Shown: one piece after another, positions 10,974 through 21,421 of the stretch
Numbering within the stretch: position 1 is the first letter of the stretch
Layout of the letters: every line of letters begins with the position of its first letter
DNA from: Planktothrix sp. GU0601_MAG3
Lineage (GTDB): Bacteria > Cyanobacteriota > Cyanobacteriia > Cyanobacteriales > Microcoleaceae
Assembly (NCBI GenBank): GCA_035193785.1
Contig: CP136572.1
Location: forward strand, 4,244,578 to 4,308,577
DNA length: 64,000 nt
Direction of reading: 5' to 3'
Notes under the pieces: generated by a model
What the model was told of the DNA's origin: nothing
Seen by the model: the letters and a program-made list of their open reading frames with translations, nothing else
The model's database searches: none
Position numbers and translations under genes: made by a program

Positions 10974-11120
10974 ATGTCTAAAAACGTTAAAGTCTCTGCG
11001 CCCAAAGCTGTCCCCTTCTTTGCTCGTTTCTTAGCAGAGCAAGCCATGGAAGCTAAAAGTTCTAATTCTGCTCCTTACCCTAGTACTCTGAAGTATCCTT
11101 CCGATTGGGAAGATTATTAA
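10974..11120 (+). CDS. mvdE: Microviridin precursor peptide (48 aa)
   Basis: MSKNVKVSAPKAVPFFARFLAEQAMEAKSSNSAPYPSTLKYPSDWEDY; PFFARFL leader and TxKYPSD core. Confidence 0.97.
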   Translation: MSKNVKVSAPKAVPFFARFLAEQAMEAKSSNSAPYPSTLKYPSDWEDY

Positions 11121-11151
11121 ATAGATAAGAGCAATCTTAATCTACAATTTA

Positions 11152-11190
11152 AGGGAGTAGCAGTTATTAAATAACTGAAAGCTACTCCCT
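11152..11190 (+). terminator. Stem-loop after mvdE
   Basis: agggagtagc...gctactccct; duplicated after mvdF. Confidence 0.8.
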
Positions 11191-11313
11191 ATTTGATGGC
11201 TTGATTTTTTTAAGATTGGATATCAAACTACTTATACAATTGATTCAAACTTGCTATATCGGTTTTATTCGTGATACAATTCCAGCAATTAGCTTTCTGA
11301 AAAGTAAACTACT

Positions 11314-11466
11314 ATGTCTAAAAATATCAAAGTATCGACCGGATTAGCCGTCCCCTTCTTTGCTCGTTTCTTGGCAGAGCAAGACACAGAAACTGGTGAT
11401 TCTACTTCTACCGATACCCCCACGATCTGGACTTTGAAGTGGCCTTCCGATTGGGAAGATAGTTAA
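11314..11466 (+). CDS. mvdF: Second microviridin precursor peptide (50 aa)
   Basis: MSKNIKVSTGLAVPFFARFLAEQDTETGDSTSTDTPTIWTLKWPSDWEDS. Confidence 0.95.
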   Translation: MSKNIKVSTGLAVPFFARFLAEQDTETGDSTSTDTPTIWTLKWPSDWEDS

Positions 11467-11496
11467 GTAGACTAGAGCAATTTTGATCAAAAATTA

Positions 11497-11541
11497 AGGG
11501 AGTAGCAGTTATTGAATAACTAAAAGCTACTCCCTATTTTT
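11497..11541 (+). terminator. Stem-loop/terminator after mvdF
   Basis: agggagtagc...gctactccct followed by a T-run. Confidence 0.8.
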
Positions 11542-11593
11542 GTTTAAATATTAAGTTAAAGCGGTTTTATATTTTAATACCCGGGAGAAAATA

Positions 11594-11887
11594 ATGTTTG
11601 AGTCGCTATCAGGAAAAAAGGTAATTATTATTGGCATGAATTCGGGAGTTGACCTGGCGATCGCCAAGAAAATATTAGAATTGGGGGCAAAAGTTGTACT
11701 TTCCCATCCATCTTCAGAAAAATTAAATCAGGCGATCAGATTAATTTCTGGAGAGGCGATCGCAGCCTTACCCGTGGCTCATCTGGGGCAACCAGAGGCA
11801 CTAGGGCAGGCGGTATTAAGTTTGATGACTAATCCCTATATGACCGGGGTGATTTTGCCTGTTGAGGGCGGAGTAACCTTGATCTAA
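11594..11887 (+). pseudogene. Internally deleted short-chain dehydrogenase (SDR)
   Basis: SDR N-terminus (LSGKKVIIIG..SG) fused directly to SDR C-terminus (LPV..LGQPE...YMTG..LPVEGG); catalytic core absent. Confidence 0.7.
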
Positions 11888-12835
11888 TCAACTCTGGCAG
11901 TGGTCATCAAAATTTTCATTCATCCAGGTTAAAATTTCCCCATTTACCCTTTCTGGACATTCATCATGGGCGCAATGTCCGGCATTTTCTAATTCTACTA
12001 ATTTTAATTGAGAGTAATATTGTAAATATTGACGAGGGTTAGCAAATTTAACTGGAATTAAACGATCCTGTAGGCCGCAAAGTAACAAAATAGGAACGGT
12101 TAATTGGGGAAATAGACTTTTAACCGTCGGGCCAAGACGGGGATTACCCATCATTTTTAAAATTGAACAAAATGCCCGCGCTGCCCCCCTTTCCAAAGCC
12201 GGAGTTACTAAAATATTAACTAATTCATCGGTGATCGCATCGGGATTATTATAGGCTAACTTTACCCAACGCCGGACAAAACTCGGACGACGAGCCAGGG
12301 CAAAAAATAACCTTAAAACCGGAGGAGAAGCCACAATATTTTGTACTTTTTCCACCACAGGAATTGACCAAGGTGGTAACATTTCCAATTGTAATCCCGG
12401 GTCAGGAAGACTAATTAAAACTAATCCCTTTGCTAATTTAGGGTCTTGGGATGCCAGCATTAAACTCACCAAAGACCCAATCGAATTTCCGACTAAAATT
12501 ACAGGTTCTCGAATAAACGTTTTCCAAAAATCATAGACTAAATCTACCCATAATTGAGTATTGTAGGGGGCGATCGCCTTTTCCGAACCGCCGAAACCCA
12601 ATAAATCCAAAGCATAAACCGTATGGGTTTGACTCAACACGGCTAAATTGTATCGCCAATGCCCAATCGAAGCCCCAAATCCATGTAAAAATAACATCGG
12701 GTAACTAGGACGAGAAGATGGGGATAAACCTGGCCGACTGTAGGTGTAACGAATCCGCCAACCCCGCCAAATCCAATCCCGTTGATCACCGACTTGATCT
12801 TGCCAGCTTACGGAACTAATCAAATATCCTCCCAT
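11888..12835 (-). CDS. Alpha/beta fold hydrolase
   Basis: LHGFGAS, DLLGFG, GNSIG, GHCAHDE. Confidence 0.92.
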   Translation of the reverse strand: MGGYLISSVSWQDQVGDQRDWIWRGWRIRYTYSRPGLSPSSRPSYPMLFLHGFGASIGHWRYNLAVLSQTHTVYALDLLGFGGSEKAIAPYNTQLWVDLVYDFWKTFIREPVILVGNSIGSLVSLMLASQDPKLAKGLVLISLPDPGLQLEMLPPWSIPVVEKVQNIVASPPVLRLFFALARRPSFVRRWVKLAYNNPDAITDELVNILVTPALERGAARAFCSILKMMGNPRLGPTVKSLFPQLTVPILLLCGLQDRLIPVKFANPRQYLQYYSQLKLVELENAGHCAHDECPERVNGEILTWMNENFDDHCQS

Positions 12836-12975
12836 GACAACATAACTTTATATTGATAATCTTAACGTTTCTGGAATTTAGGTTAAATTTGGAACAGAAT
12901 ATCGATGGGAATGAGTACAATAGGAAACTGTAGAACCATATCACCATCATATTTAATCGCTTGCAAACTTCTTTA

Positions 12976-13510
12976 ATGCCTGTGACCGATAAAAAAATCA
13001 ATCGCAATTTGCCTCCAATTAACGAAAATATCCGGTTTCCTAAAATCCGGGTTATAGACGCAGATGGCTCCCAGTTGGGGATTCTCACCCCTCGGGAAGC
13101 CTCGCGGATGGCGGAGGAAAAGGAACTCGACTTAGTATTGGTCAGTGACAAAGCCGACCCCCCGGTGTGTCGGATTATGGACTACGGCAAATACAAGTAC
13201 GAACAGGAAAAGAAAGTTCGAGAAGCCAAGAAAAAACAACACACCGTTGATGTCAAGGAAGTCAAGATGCGCTACATCATTGACGAACACGATTACAAAG
13301 TGCGCGTCAATCAAGCCAAACGCTTCCTGCAATCGGGGGATAAAGTCAAAGCCACCATTATGTTCCGTGGTCGGGAAATTCAACACAGTCACCTCGCCAA
13401 AAACCTCCTGGAACGTATGGCCTCTGAGTTACAAGAATTGGCTGAGGTGCAACAGGAAACCCAAACAAGAAGGACGCAGCATGATGATGTTGCTCTCACC
13501 CAAAAAGTAG
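12976..13510 (+). CDS. infC: Translation initiation factor IF-3; apparent frameshift at 13456
   Basis: [25 protein letters not shown]; corrected end [19 protein letters not shown]. Confidence 0.96.
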
Positions 13511-13636
13511 AATTCAGGTGTTGAATGGCTGACTTTTCCGGGTTTAGTTGCCTTGGGATGTCGCTTGGGACACCAAACCTCTAATAACCAGCCTAAACTA
13601 TAAATTCTCCCATCCCCCTTGTTAGCAAGGGGGACT

Positions 13637-14443
13637 TTAATTGTGAATGCTTAATATCTGCGACCAAGTTTGTAACTTTTGTAATTCTGTAATATGGGTA
13701 AGGTTATATTGTAGGGGAGTGATGGTGATCAGATTTTGACGTAAAGCATGAACATCCGTCATCCATTCATCCAGGTCGGAGGGTTCATTTAGGAGTTCCA
13801 CATCCTCCATTAATTCTCCAGTTAACCAATAATAGGTTTTTCCCCGGGGGTCAATGCGTTTTTCCAAAATATCCAGATAACGGCGAATTCCTTGGCGGGT
13901 AATCTTCACCCCCTGAATATGTTGGGATGGAACACCTGGGACATTAACATTTAGTAACATCGCTTCCGGTAGGGGATGTTTTTCTAGGCTGTTAATTAAT
14001 TTTTGGGCAAATTCCACCGCCGCCTGAAAGTCCCGGGAGGAATAACTGCCTAAACTAAAAGCAATACTGGGAATTCCTTGGATTAACCCTTCCATGGCCG
14101 CCGAAACCGTACCGGAGTACAGAATATCCGTGGCCACGTTCGGCCCATGATTAATTCCGGCTAAAACCAAATCCGGCGGGGTTTCCATCACCCCAAATAG
14201 TCCCACTTTCACCGAGTCGGCGGGGGTTCCCGAACAGGCCCAAGCCTTTACGGACGGGGCAAATACGTCCTCGACCTGTTCCGCGCGAATGGGATGGTGT
14301 AAAGTTAAACCATGGCCGGTTGCCGAACGTTCTTGGTCGGGACAAACCACGGTGACATCATGCCCGACTTGGGCTAAACCATTGGCTAAACTGCGAATTC
14401 CTTGGGCAAAAACCCCATCATCATTACTAATTAATAGTTTCAT
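13637..14443 (-). CDS. surE: 5'/3'-nucleotidase SurE
   Basis: LISNDDG, GTPADSV, GINHGPN, YSGTV. Confidence 0.95.
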   Translation of the reverse strand: MKLLISNDDGVFAQGIRSLANGLAQVGHDVTVVCPDQERSATGHGLTLHHPIRAEQVEDVFAPSVKAWACSGTPADSVKVGLFGVMETPPDLVLAGINHGPNVATDILYSGTVSAAMEGLIQGIPSIAFSLGSYSSRDFQAAVEFAQKLINSLEKHPLPEAMLLNVNVPGVPSQHIQGVKITRQGIRRYLDILEKRIDPRGKTYYWLTGELMEDVELLNEPSDLDEWMTDVHALRQNLITITPLQYNLTHITELQKLQTWSQILSIHN

Positions 14444-14813
14444 TGAGTTAAATTGATTAAGAGAGGGAAATATACTTTCGGGACAAAAGGATTATTTTAG
14501 CTGTCAAAAAATTCACAAAATCCATCACTTCTTGTTGTTTTTCTTGAGGTAAAGAACGCCACTTTTCTAATAATTTTTGTTCCTGAATCATGGGGTTTTG
14601 GATTTACAACTTTAAATATTATAGCAGTTTCTCCTAAATATGTGTTAAATATAGCCCGTCTAAATCATGGGTATAAATCCTTTGAGTCTTCTAGCCAATA
14701 TCGGCACGGGGTTAGAATTAATCTCGGAATTATTTGTACTTACAATCCATTTAGACTTACTATAGAAGCAATGAATTAATTTTCAATATTCATCCTCTAA
14801 TCTGAATCTTGCC

Positions 14814-15233
14814 ATGCTTAAGCAATTTTTAATAGGCTCAGTTTTGATTGCCAGTGCCCTTTTCAGTGGTGAAGCCAACGCTTCTACTATTACCTATGAT
14901 TTTACTGTAAATGTGAGGGCTGGAGCGTTGAGTGGCAAATCGTTTAATGGTACGTTTAGTTATGATGATTCCTCATTAACAGGGAGTGGGGTTGAGGAAT
15001 TGGGGGTAAATCAAGGATTAACGGTTTGCATGAATTTTTTTGGACTAAACTATAACGAAACCGAAGATAGTAGCTATCCAATGTTGCCCAAACTTATATT
15101 TGAAAATGGTTTAATCAAACAACTGGATTTTTGGATAGAGCCGAATAAACGAGTGAATTGGTGGAATGAATCAGGATGGGAAGTAACTCTATCTCCGGCT
15201 AAAAATTCTGCTTCTAGCAATTGTAAGAATTAG
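14814..15233 (+). CDS. Secreted hypothetical protein
   Basis: Signal peptide ending ANA; beta-rich TYDFTV...GTFSYD domain. Confidence 0.75.
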   Translation: MLKQFLIGSVLIASALFSGEANASTITYDFTVNVRAGALSGKSFNGTFSYDDSSLTGSGVEELGVNQGLTVCMNFFGLNYNETEDSSYPMLPKLIFENGLIKQLDFWIEPNKRVNWWNESGWEVTLSPAKNSASSNCKN

Positions 15234-15475
15234 AGAAGTATCAAGCTAAAATCCGACCTAAATCCGTAGATTTAATCTACTTTGTTCAAGGGATTTTTGC
15301 AAAAATATTGTTCGTATAATTAGGCAAAAAATAAAAGTTGAAGATAATTCTCTATTTTTTTAACCGCTTTTTTAACAAGAGAGTGATCAGTAAAGGAGAA
15401 CAAATTAAGTTAAACTCAACAAAGGTAGGAGAATTTAATCCTCTAGCCAATTTCAATAGTCTATATAATTATGAT

Positions 15476-16478
15476 ATGGCAACTCAACTTAGTGAATTAG
15501 AAACCCAACTCGAAGACCTCCGTACCGAGGGAACAGAAGTGATCGCAACTTCTCAAACCCTAGACGAATTAGAACAGTTGCGAATTAACTATTTAGGCAA
15601 AAAAGGCAAAGTTTCCGTGGTTTTAGGGGGTATGGGAAAACTCGACCCCAGCGAACGTCCCCGCATTGGAGCTTTAGCCAACGAAGTCAAAAAAGCCCTA
15701 GAAACGGGTTTAGAGGATAAACGCACCGCCCTCCAACGCGCCCAACTCGAGGCCCAACTGCAATCAGAAACCCTAGATGTCACCATGCCGGGGGTCTATC
15801 ATTCCCAGGGCAGAATTCATCCCCTGAATGGCATTATTGATCGGGCTTTGGATATATTTGTCGGGTTGGGATATACCGTGGCTTCTGGCCCGGAAATGGA
15901 AACGGACTATTATAATTTTGAAGCCTTAAATACCCCCCCTGACCACCCCGCCCGGGATATGCAGGATACCTTTTATTTACCCGATGGTAACTTATTAAGA
16001 ACCCATACCTCCTCGGTGCAAATTCGCTACATGGAAGAACACCAACCCCCCATCCGCATTGTCGCCCCGGGTCGGGTTTATCGTCGGGATACGGTGGATG
16101 CTACCCATGCGGCGGTGTTCCATCAAATTGAACTCTTAGCCATTGAAGAAGGTCTACAATTTACCGATTTAAAAGGCACAATTAAAGAGTTTTTGCGCCA
16201 AATGTTCGGGGATTTACCCGTGCGGTTTCGGGCTAGTTATTTCCCCTTTACTGAAACCCTCGGCTGAAGTGGATTTACAATGGCAGGGAAAATGGTTAGA
16301 AGTGTTAGGATGTGGCATGGTTGATCCGAATGTGTTAAAAGCGGCCGGATATGACCCGGAAAAATACACCGGATTTGCGGCGGGTTTTGGTGTAGAACGG
16401 TTCGCCATGGTTTTACATCAAATTGACGATATTCGGCGGGTTTATGCCAGCGATTTACGCTTTTTACGTCAGTTCTAA
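15476..16478 (+). CDS. pheS: Phenylalanine-tRNA ligase alpha subunit; apparent frameshift at 16253
   Basis: [24 protein letters not shown] (after correction), [10 protein letters not shown]. Confidence 0.97.
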
Positions 16479-16507
16479 TTGTTAAAATTGAGTGTGGTTA
16501 ATGAGGA

Positions 16508-17170
16508 GTGAAATTAATGAATAATTTTGTATTGAGGAGTCGGTCTTTTCGGGTTTTAGCATTAGTTGTATTAGCGGTGATGGGGAGTCAATTACCCACC
16601 TTGGCAACGATACATACTAAACCCCCGACAACAAATTCAGAAACACAAATAGCCCAAAACCGTTCTAGTTTGTGCCGAGTTATTGGGGAACAACAGGGGT
16701 TAGCGGTTCATTCTCGACCGACTCCAACCTCCCCAGTAGTTGGGGGTGTGGGGTTTAAAACGGAAGTAACTTTAGCTAATAATTCCGGCGGGACTCGTGG
16801 CCCCGATGGTCGCACCTGGGTAGAAATTTCTGCCCCGATTAAGGGTTATATTTCTAATGGTTTTCCCGATAGAAGTGGAAATTTGCAGGACTGTTCGGGT
16901 CAAGCACAAAAACCCGAACCTCCAACAACAACACCCCAAGGTCTGTGTCGTCAAATTGATTTTGCCGCCGCCCCCAATGGGGTTGTGGTACGGGAAAAAC
17001 CCTCGCGACTTTCTGACCGGGTTGGGGGTGTGGCTTCAGGGGCTAGAGTTAGACTGATGCAGAATTATAAGTTAATTCCTGATCCGAATGGAGAAAAACG
17101 CGACTGGGTGGGAATTAGTGAACCCGAGGAAGGATATATCTCGGCTAACACTTTGATTATGTGTCGCTAA
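16508..17170 (+). CDS. Secreted protein with two SH3b-like domains
   Basis: Signal peptide; two repeats ending WVEIS.P..GYIS. Confidence 0.75.
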   Translation: MKLMNNFVLRSRSFRVLALVVLAVMGSQLPTLATIHTKPPTTNSETQIAQNRSSLCRVIGEQQGLAVHSRPTPTSPVVGGVGFKTEVTLANNSGGTRGPDGRTWVEISAPIKGYISNGFPDRSGNLQDCSGQAQKPEPPTTTPQGLCRQIDFAAAPNGVVVREKPSRLSDRVGGVASGARVRLMQNYKLIPDPNGEKRDWVGISEPEEGYISANTLIMCR

Positions 17171-17173
17171 TAG

Positions 17174-17200
17174 TAGAGACGTGCCATGGCGCGTCTCTCT
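17174..17200. repeat. GTAG-type REP palindrome
   Basis: gtagagacgtgccatggcgcgtctct; relatives at ~37688 and ~44903. Confidence 0.75.
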
Positions 17201-17271
17201 ATATTTAACTCTCTATATTTTACTATATTTAACCACAAAGACACAAAGGCACAAAGATATTATAACGGGAT

Positions 17272-18519
17272 TCAAGTTTTTTGAATAAGTTGGAAAAAAT
17301 CACCTAATAAATATAATGATCCACAAATAACTGGTAAGGTATTTTTATCTTTAATAGCAGTATCTAAAGCTGAAATTAATGTGGGATAGGTTTGACAATT
17401 CTTTAAATCGGGACATAAACTTTTGGCTAGGGTTGCTAACTGTTGGGGGTCTGCATAAGGATGATTAGGAATAGGAACTAAATATAATTGATCACCGGGT
17501 CTTAATAGGGCTTTAAAAATATTGGTGTGATCTTTTGTTGATAACATTCCCATCACCCAACTAATAGATGAAACCTCTAAACTATCCACATATTGACGTA
17601 AAGCCATGGCGGCGGCGGGGTTATGGGCTCCATCAATTAATAGGCGATGCTGTTTCCAGGTAATCCATTGCAGACGTCCTGGCCATTGAGCTTTTTCCAT
17701 TCCTTGAATTAGAGCATTTTCGGAAATTTCCCATCCTTGTTGACGTATAATTTGGATAGTAGCGATCGCGATCGCCGAATTAATTAACTGTATTTCTCCA
17801 AATAGGGGTAAAGGGTATTCTAAACCTTGATAATTAGCCGTTTGTTGCATACCGTTTTGCTTGACCCAAACCGCAGGTTTAACCCACGTTACCTGGGCGT
17901 TTAATTCCGTCGCCCGTTGTTGAATAACTTGTTGAGCATCCGGGGGTAAAATCCCCACGACAACGGCGGATTTAGGTTTAATAATTCCCGCCTTTTCAAA
18001 AGCGATTTCTGCTATTGTTGACCCCAGATATTCTTGATGGTCTAAACCAATGGAAGTAATCACACTAACCAAGGGATGATCACAAACATTGGTGGCGTCT
18101 AAACGTCCCCCTAACCCCACTTCCATCACCGCCATATCTACTTTTTGTTGAGCGAAATATAACCAAGCTGCAACCGTAACCATTTCAAATAAAGTCGGGG
18201 GAACTTCATCGGGAAAAATGGCATTTTCTACCTCTTGTAAAACCTGTAAAAAATCCGATTCTGAAATCGGTTGTTCATTAATAGATAAACGTTCTGTCCA
18301 ATCAACTAAATGGGGGGAAATATAGCGTCCAACTCGATAACCCCCCTGGGATAAAATAGAAGACAGGTAAGCACAAACCGAACCCTTTCCATTAGTTCCA
18401 GCTACATGAATAATAGGAATATTTAGGTGAGGATTTCCCAAGCGTTCCAATAAATTCTTAATCCGTTCTAAGCCTAAATTAATCCCAAATTGTTGATATT
18501 TTTGTAAAAAGTTTTCCAT
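17272..18519 (-). CDS. folC: Folylpolyglutamate/dihydrofolate synthase
   Basis: HVAGTNGKGS, EVGLGGRLDATN, DGAHNP. Confidence 0.96.
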   Translation of the reverse strand: MENFLQKYQQFGINLGLERIKNLLERLGNPHLNIPIIHVAGTNGKGSVCAYLSSILSQGGYRVGRYISPHLVDWTERLSINEQPISESDFLQVLQEVENAIFPDEVPPTLFEMVTVAAWLYFAQQKVDMAVMEVGLGGRLDATNVCDHPLVSVITSIGLDHQEYLGSTIAEIAFEKAGIIKPKSAVVVGILPPDAQQVIQQRATELNAQVTWVKPAVWVKQNGMQQTANYQGLEYPLPLFGEIQLINSAIAIATIQIIRQQGWEISENALIQGMEKAQWPGRLQWITWKQHRLLIDGAHNPAAAMALRQYVDSLEVSSISWVMGMLSTKDHTNIFKALLRPGDQLYLVPIPNHPYADPQQLATLAKSLCPDLKNCQTYPTLISALDTAIKDKNTLPVICGSLYLLGDFFQLIQKT

Positions 18520-18528
18520 ATTTATTAT

Positions 18529-18951
18529 TTATATTTCATCAGCAATTATTAAATCAATCATTTCCTGCTGATTTTTGCGATAAATTCTAAAATCACTATC
18601 TAAGGTTAATATAGAACTCCCTGGAATTAATTCACTCATTCTGACTAAACAAGCATCGGCTAAAGACATCGGTACATTCTGATAACGCTGCATTAAATTT
18701 CCAATAGCTGCAATTTCTTCTGTTAAATGAAAAGGTATTTTAATCACTCCCGATTTCAATAAAGCAATGACAGCTTCCTCCCCTCCATAGATTCTATGCA
18801 GTAAAAAACACGCTTCAGAAATAACCGCTTCACAAGTGAATAATGGAGGAACTAAGGTTTTCCAAATCTGTACCGACCAACCATGAAAGCGATCGCTTTT
18901 ATCAATTAGAGCAACTAAAGGACTGGTATCTAAAATAATTGATGGCTTCAT
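18529..18951 (-). CDS. PIN-domain (VapC-like) toxin
   Basis: ILDTSPL, SEA, SLADA, TLDSDF acidic PIN motifs. Confidence 0.88.
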   Translation of the reverse strand: MKPSIILDTSPLVALIDKSDRFHGWSVQIWKTLVPPLFTCEAVISEACFLLHRIYGGEEAVIALLKSGVIKIPFHLTEEIAAIGNLMQRYQNVPMSLADACLVRMSELIPGSSILTLDSDFRIYRKNQQEMIDLIIADEI

Positions 18952-19205
18952 TTTGCTGAAACACCCTCCAGATAAGTTTTATTATAGGATAAATCACCGA
19001 TTCCACTCTCCACACATCCTACCCACTGTTTAGCAACTTCATAGGCTGAAATCTGTTGTTGTTCTGCTTCTGGAGGTTGAATTTCTGGTTTTTGGGCTTT
19101 AAAATGCAAGAATTCAATAAAATTAATTACTTCCTCCTGTTGTTGAAGCGATAAGGTTTTAATCATCTCGATAATGGCTTCTGCTTGAGTAATAGTTTGA
19201 GTCAT
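18948..19205 (-). CDS. Putative antitoxin (DUF2281-like)
   Basis: QQEEVINFIEFL motif, C-terminal GDLS.NK.YLEG; 4-bp overlap with the toxin gene. Confidence 0.7.
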   Translation of the reverse strand: MTQTITQAEAIIEMIKTLSLQQQEEVINFIEFLHFKAQKPEIQPPEAEQQQISAYEVAKQWVGCVESGIGDLSYNKTYLEGVSAK

Positions 19206-19447
19206 GATCTTCTCCCGTAGTTGATAATAATATAAAATTGCTATATTTAATTCATTATAACGTATCTCTACTAGAAAATCGCTCAATCCAAATGAGTTAG
19301 TTAATTTAATCGGGTAGAAATTCAGCATCGAGGGTGCTTAGAGCTTACCATTGATACCTCCTTTGAGAGTTAAGAGGATTAGGGACTATTCTATTAATTT
19401 ATAACTGAAAAAGGCGCGTCAAACGCACCCTATAAATTGATGATTCG

Positions 19448-19532
19448 TATAGCAGTCGCGGCTGTAAAACAAGACATGAAATAATACTCAAACCCAGAAG
19501 GTTAAGTGTTTAATTAACTGTTGCCTGCTATA
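19448..19532. repeat. Small element with TATAGCAG/CTGCTATA inverted termini
   Basis: Same termini at 34206-34276. Confidence 0.55.
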
Positions 19533-19547
19533 TTTATTTGTTAGGTA

Positions 19548-19895
19548 TGGGGGCGGTGGGACTTGAACCCACACGACCGGATAAGGGTCAACGGATTTTC
19601 ATTCTCCTGTAGCTTTCGCTACTACCAATTGGCGTTGAGAATTGGACTCTCTCTTTACCCTCGGCTTTACGTTAGGGTAGCTCCCGTCGAGTCTCTGCAC
19701 CTTCCTAGGTATTTATATCAGACTGGGGAAAATTCCCTCGTTTCTAACACCCCTAGGCTTGGCTCAGGATTGCCTTGACTGAAATTAATCAGATTTAGGT
19801 TTCCCTGAATTTGACAGCTTACACTTGAGAGATTTCTCGCCTCAAGGCTCAATTTATCTTTAAGTCCGTAGCGTCTACCATTCCGCCACGCCCCC
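19548..19895 (-). tRNA. trnL: tRNA-Leu(UAA), split by a group I intron (exons 19862-19895 and 19548-19599)
   Basis: GGGGGCGTGGCGGAATGGTAGACGCTACGGACTT | AAAATCCG...GGTTCAAGTCCCACCGCCCCCA. Confidence 0.97.
19600..19861 (-). ncRNA. Group I self-splicing intron in the tRNA-Leu anticodon (262 nt)
   Basis: Conserved elements AATTCAGGGAAAC, AATCCTGAGC, GCAGAGACTCGACGG, GAGAGAGTCC; ends in G. Confidence 0.96.
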
Positions 19896-20122
19896 GTATT
19901 GGGTTATGTGTTGATTCGTTTTTGAATTTTCACATTTCTACATCTAAGCATTTTATTTTGATTTATGCAAGGGTTTTGAGAAAGTTTTTTTTCAAGACGG
20001 GCTGAAATGTTCTGCTGTCGGCATTTTTGGCCCTTGGGAAAAGACGATAATTTCACAACCCCTTAACAATCCGGGACTGGGGCGGTAAACTAAGATTGAG
20101 TTCACCCAAACTTGAAAATATT

Positions 20123-20321
20123 ATGATTTTGCCAGGTTCCGCCGTGCGAGTCACGAACCCTATTGATACTTACTACGGTTTCCAAGGTCTAGTTCAACGA
20201 GTCTGCGACGGGAAAGTCGCTGTTTCTGTTTGAAGGAGGCAACTGGGATAAACTGGTCACTTTCAGACGTTCTGAACTAGAAGCTATTGATACCACTGCT
20301 GGACGCAAAGGCAAAAAGTAA
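20123..20321 (+). CDS. ndhS: NDH-1 subunit S; apparent frameshift at 20222
   Basis: Manual translation [46 protein letters not shown]. Confidence 0.93.
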
Positions 20322-20428
20322 TTACGAATTACGAATTACGAATTACGAATTACGAATTACGAATTACGAATGGGGAATTACGAATTACGAATGGGGAATT
20401 ACGAATTACGAATTACGAATTACGAATG
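20320..20428. repeat. Heptamer STRR (AATTACG)n
   Basis: About 13 units plus two AATGGGG variants; reverse-orientation copy at ~28678-28717. Confidence 0.95.
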
Positions 20429-20447
20429 GGTAATAGCAAAAGTTTAC

Positions 20448-20590
20448 CTCCCCTACTCCCCCTACTCCCCCTGCTCCCCCTGCTCCCCCTGCTGCTCCCC
20501 CTGCTTCCCCTGCTCCCCCTGCTCCCCCTGCCTCCCCTGCTCCCCCTGCTCCCCCTGCTCCCCCTGCTCCCCTGCTCCCCCTGCTCCTCT
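20448..20590. repeat. 9-bp short tandem repeat (ctccccctg)n
   Basis: About 15 degenerate units. Confidence 0.95.
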
Positions 20591-20600
20591 CCCCTCTCTT

Positions 20601-21267
20601 ATGCGTCTCCCCTTTCCTGTATTTTCAACTTCTGCCCGTTCTCAACAACATATTGGTGAGGTAATTGAAACGGCGACCACGGAATATTTGGCCCAATGTT
20701 TGGAACCGGAGGATTTGAGTTTTCCGGTGATGCCTGCCTTTGGCAGTTGGGTTAAATCCCGGGATGAGGAGTCGGGAAATAAGGTTTATGGGGTAGTTTA
20801 TCATGCCACAACTAGCCCAATTGATTCGGTGCACCGGGCGAGGGCGCTAGGATTAAGTTTAGACGAATTGCGAGAACAGCAACCGCAAATTTTTGCGATG
20901 TTAAAAACGGAATTTCGGGTGGCAATTGTGGGGTTTGAGTTGGCGGGTGAAGATAATAATTCCCAACCGCAACGGGGCAAAATTTATCAATATATTCCGC
21001 CGCGACCGCCTCAAATTCATCAGGCGGTGTATGAATGTGAACCGGATGAAATTGTGGGTTTTAGTCAGGAATTGGATTTTTTAAGAACCTTATTAGATGT
21101 GAGTAATGCTCCAGTTGATTCTTTGGTAGCGGCGGCAATTCGAGAGGTTTATAAATTCAAAACATTAGAGAGAACATGGTTAATTGAAGCGGGACGAAAC
21201 CCTGAGTATTTTATTAAAAGATGATTACGATCGTCTGCGGGTAATTCTCAAACAAATTCATCCTTGA
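20601..21267 (+). CDS. HAS-barrel domain protein; apparent frameshift at 21196
   Basis: MRLPFP..., [26 protein letters not shown]; corrected end [16 protein letters not shown]. Confidence 0.85.
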
Positions 21268-21421
21268 TGATGGGGGACTTAAATTGATCCGTCTTCTGTT
21301 ACCTTCGGAATTAAGCAAGTATTAAATAAACTAATTTAGGCAAATGTCATCGGAATACTGCATTTTTTCCTGGGTTAAAAGTAGATTTAACTCTCCTCCG
21401 TGACTCTTGGAGAGAGGAAAG

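Noticed and set aside
19563..19778. 71-aa ORF as an intron-encoded protein
   Set aside because: Antisense to the tRNA/intron with no endonuclease motifs.
20370..20659. Cys/Pro-rich or Leu/Pro-rich ORFs (SPC repeats) as metallothionein- or RiPP-like peptides
   Set aside because: They are translations of the 7-bp and 9-bp DNA tandem repeats; the real gene starts at 20601.
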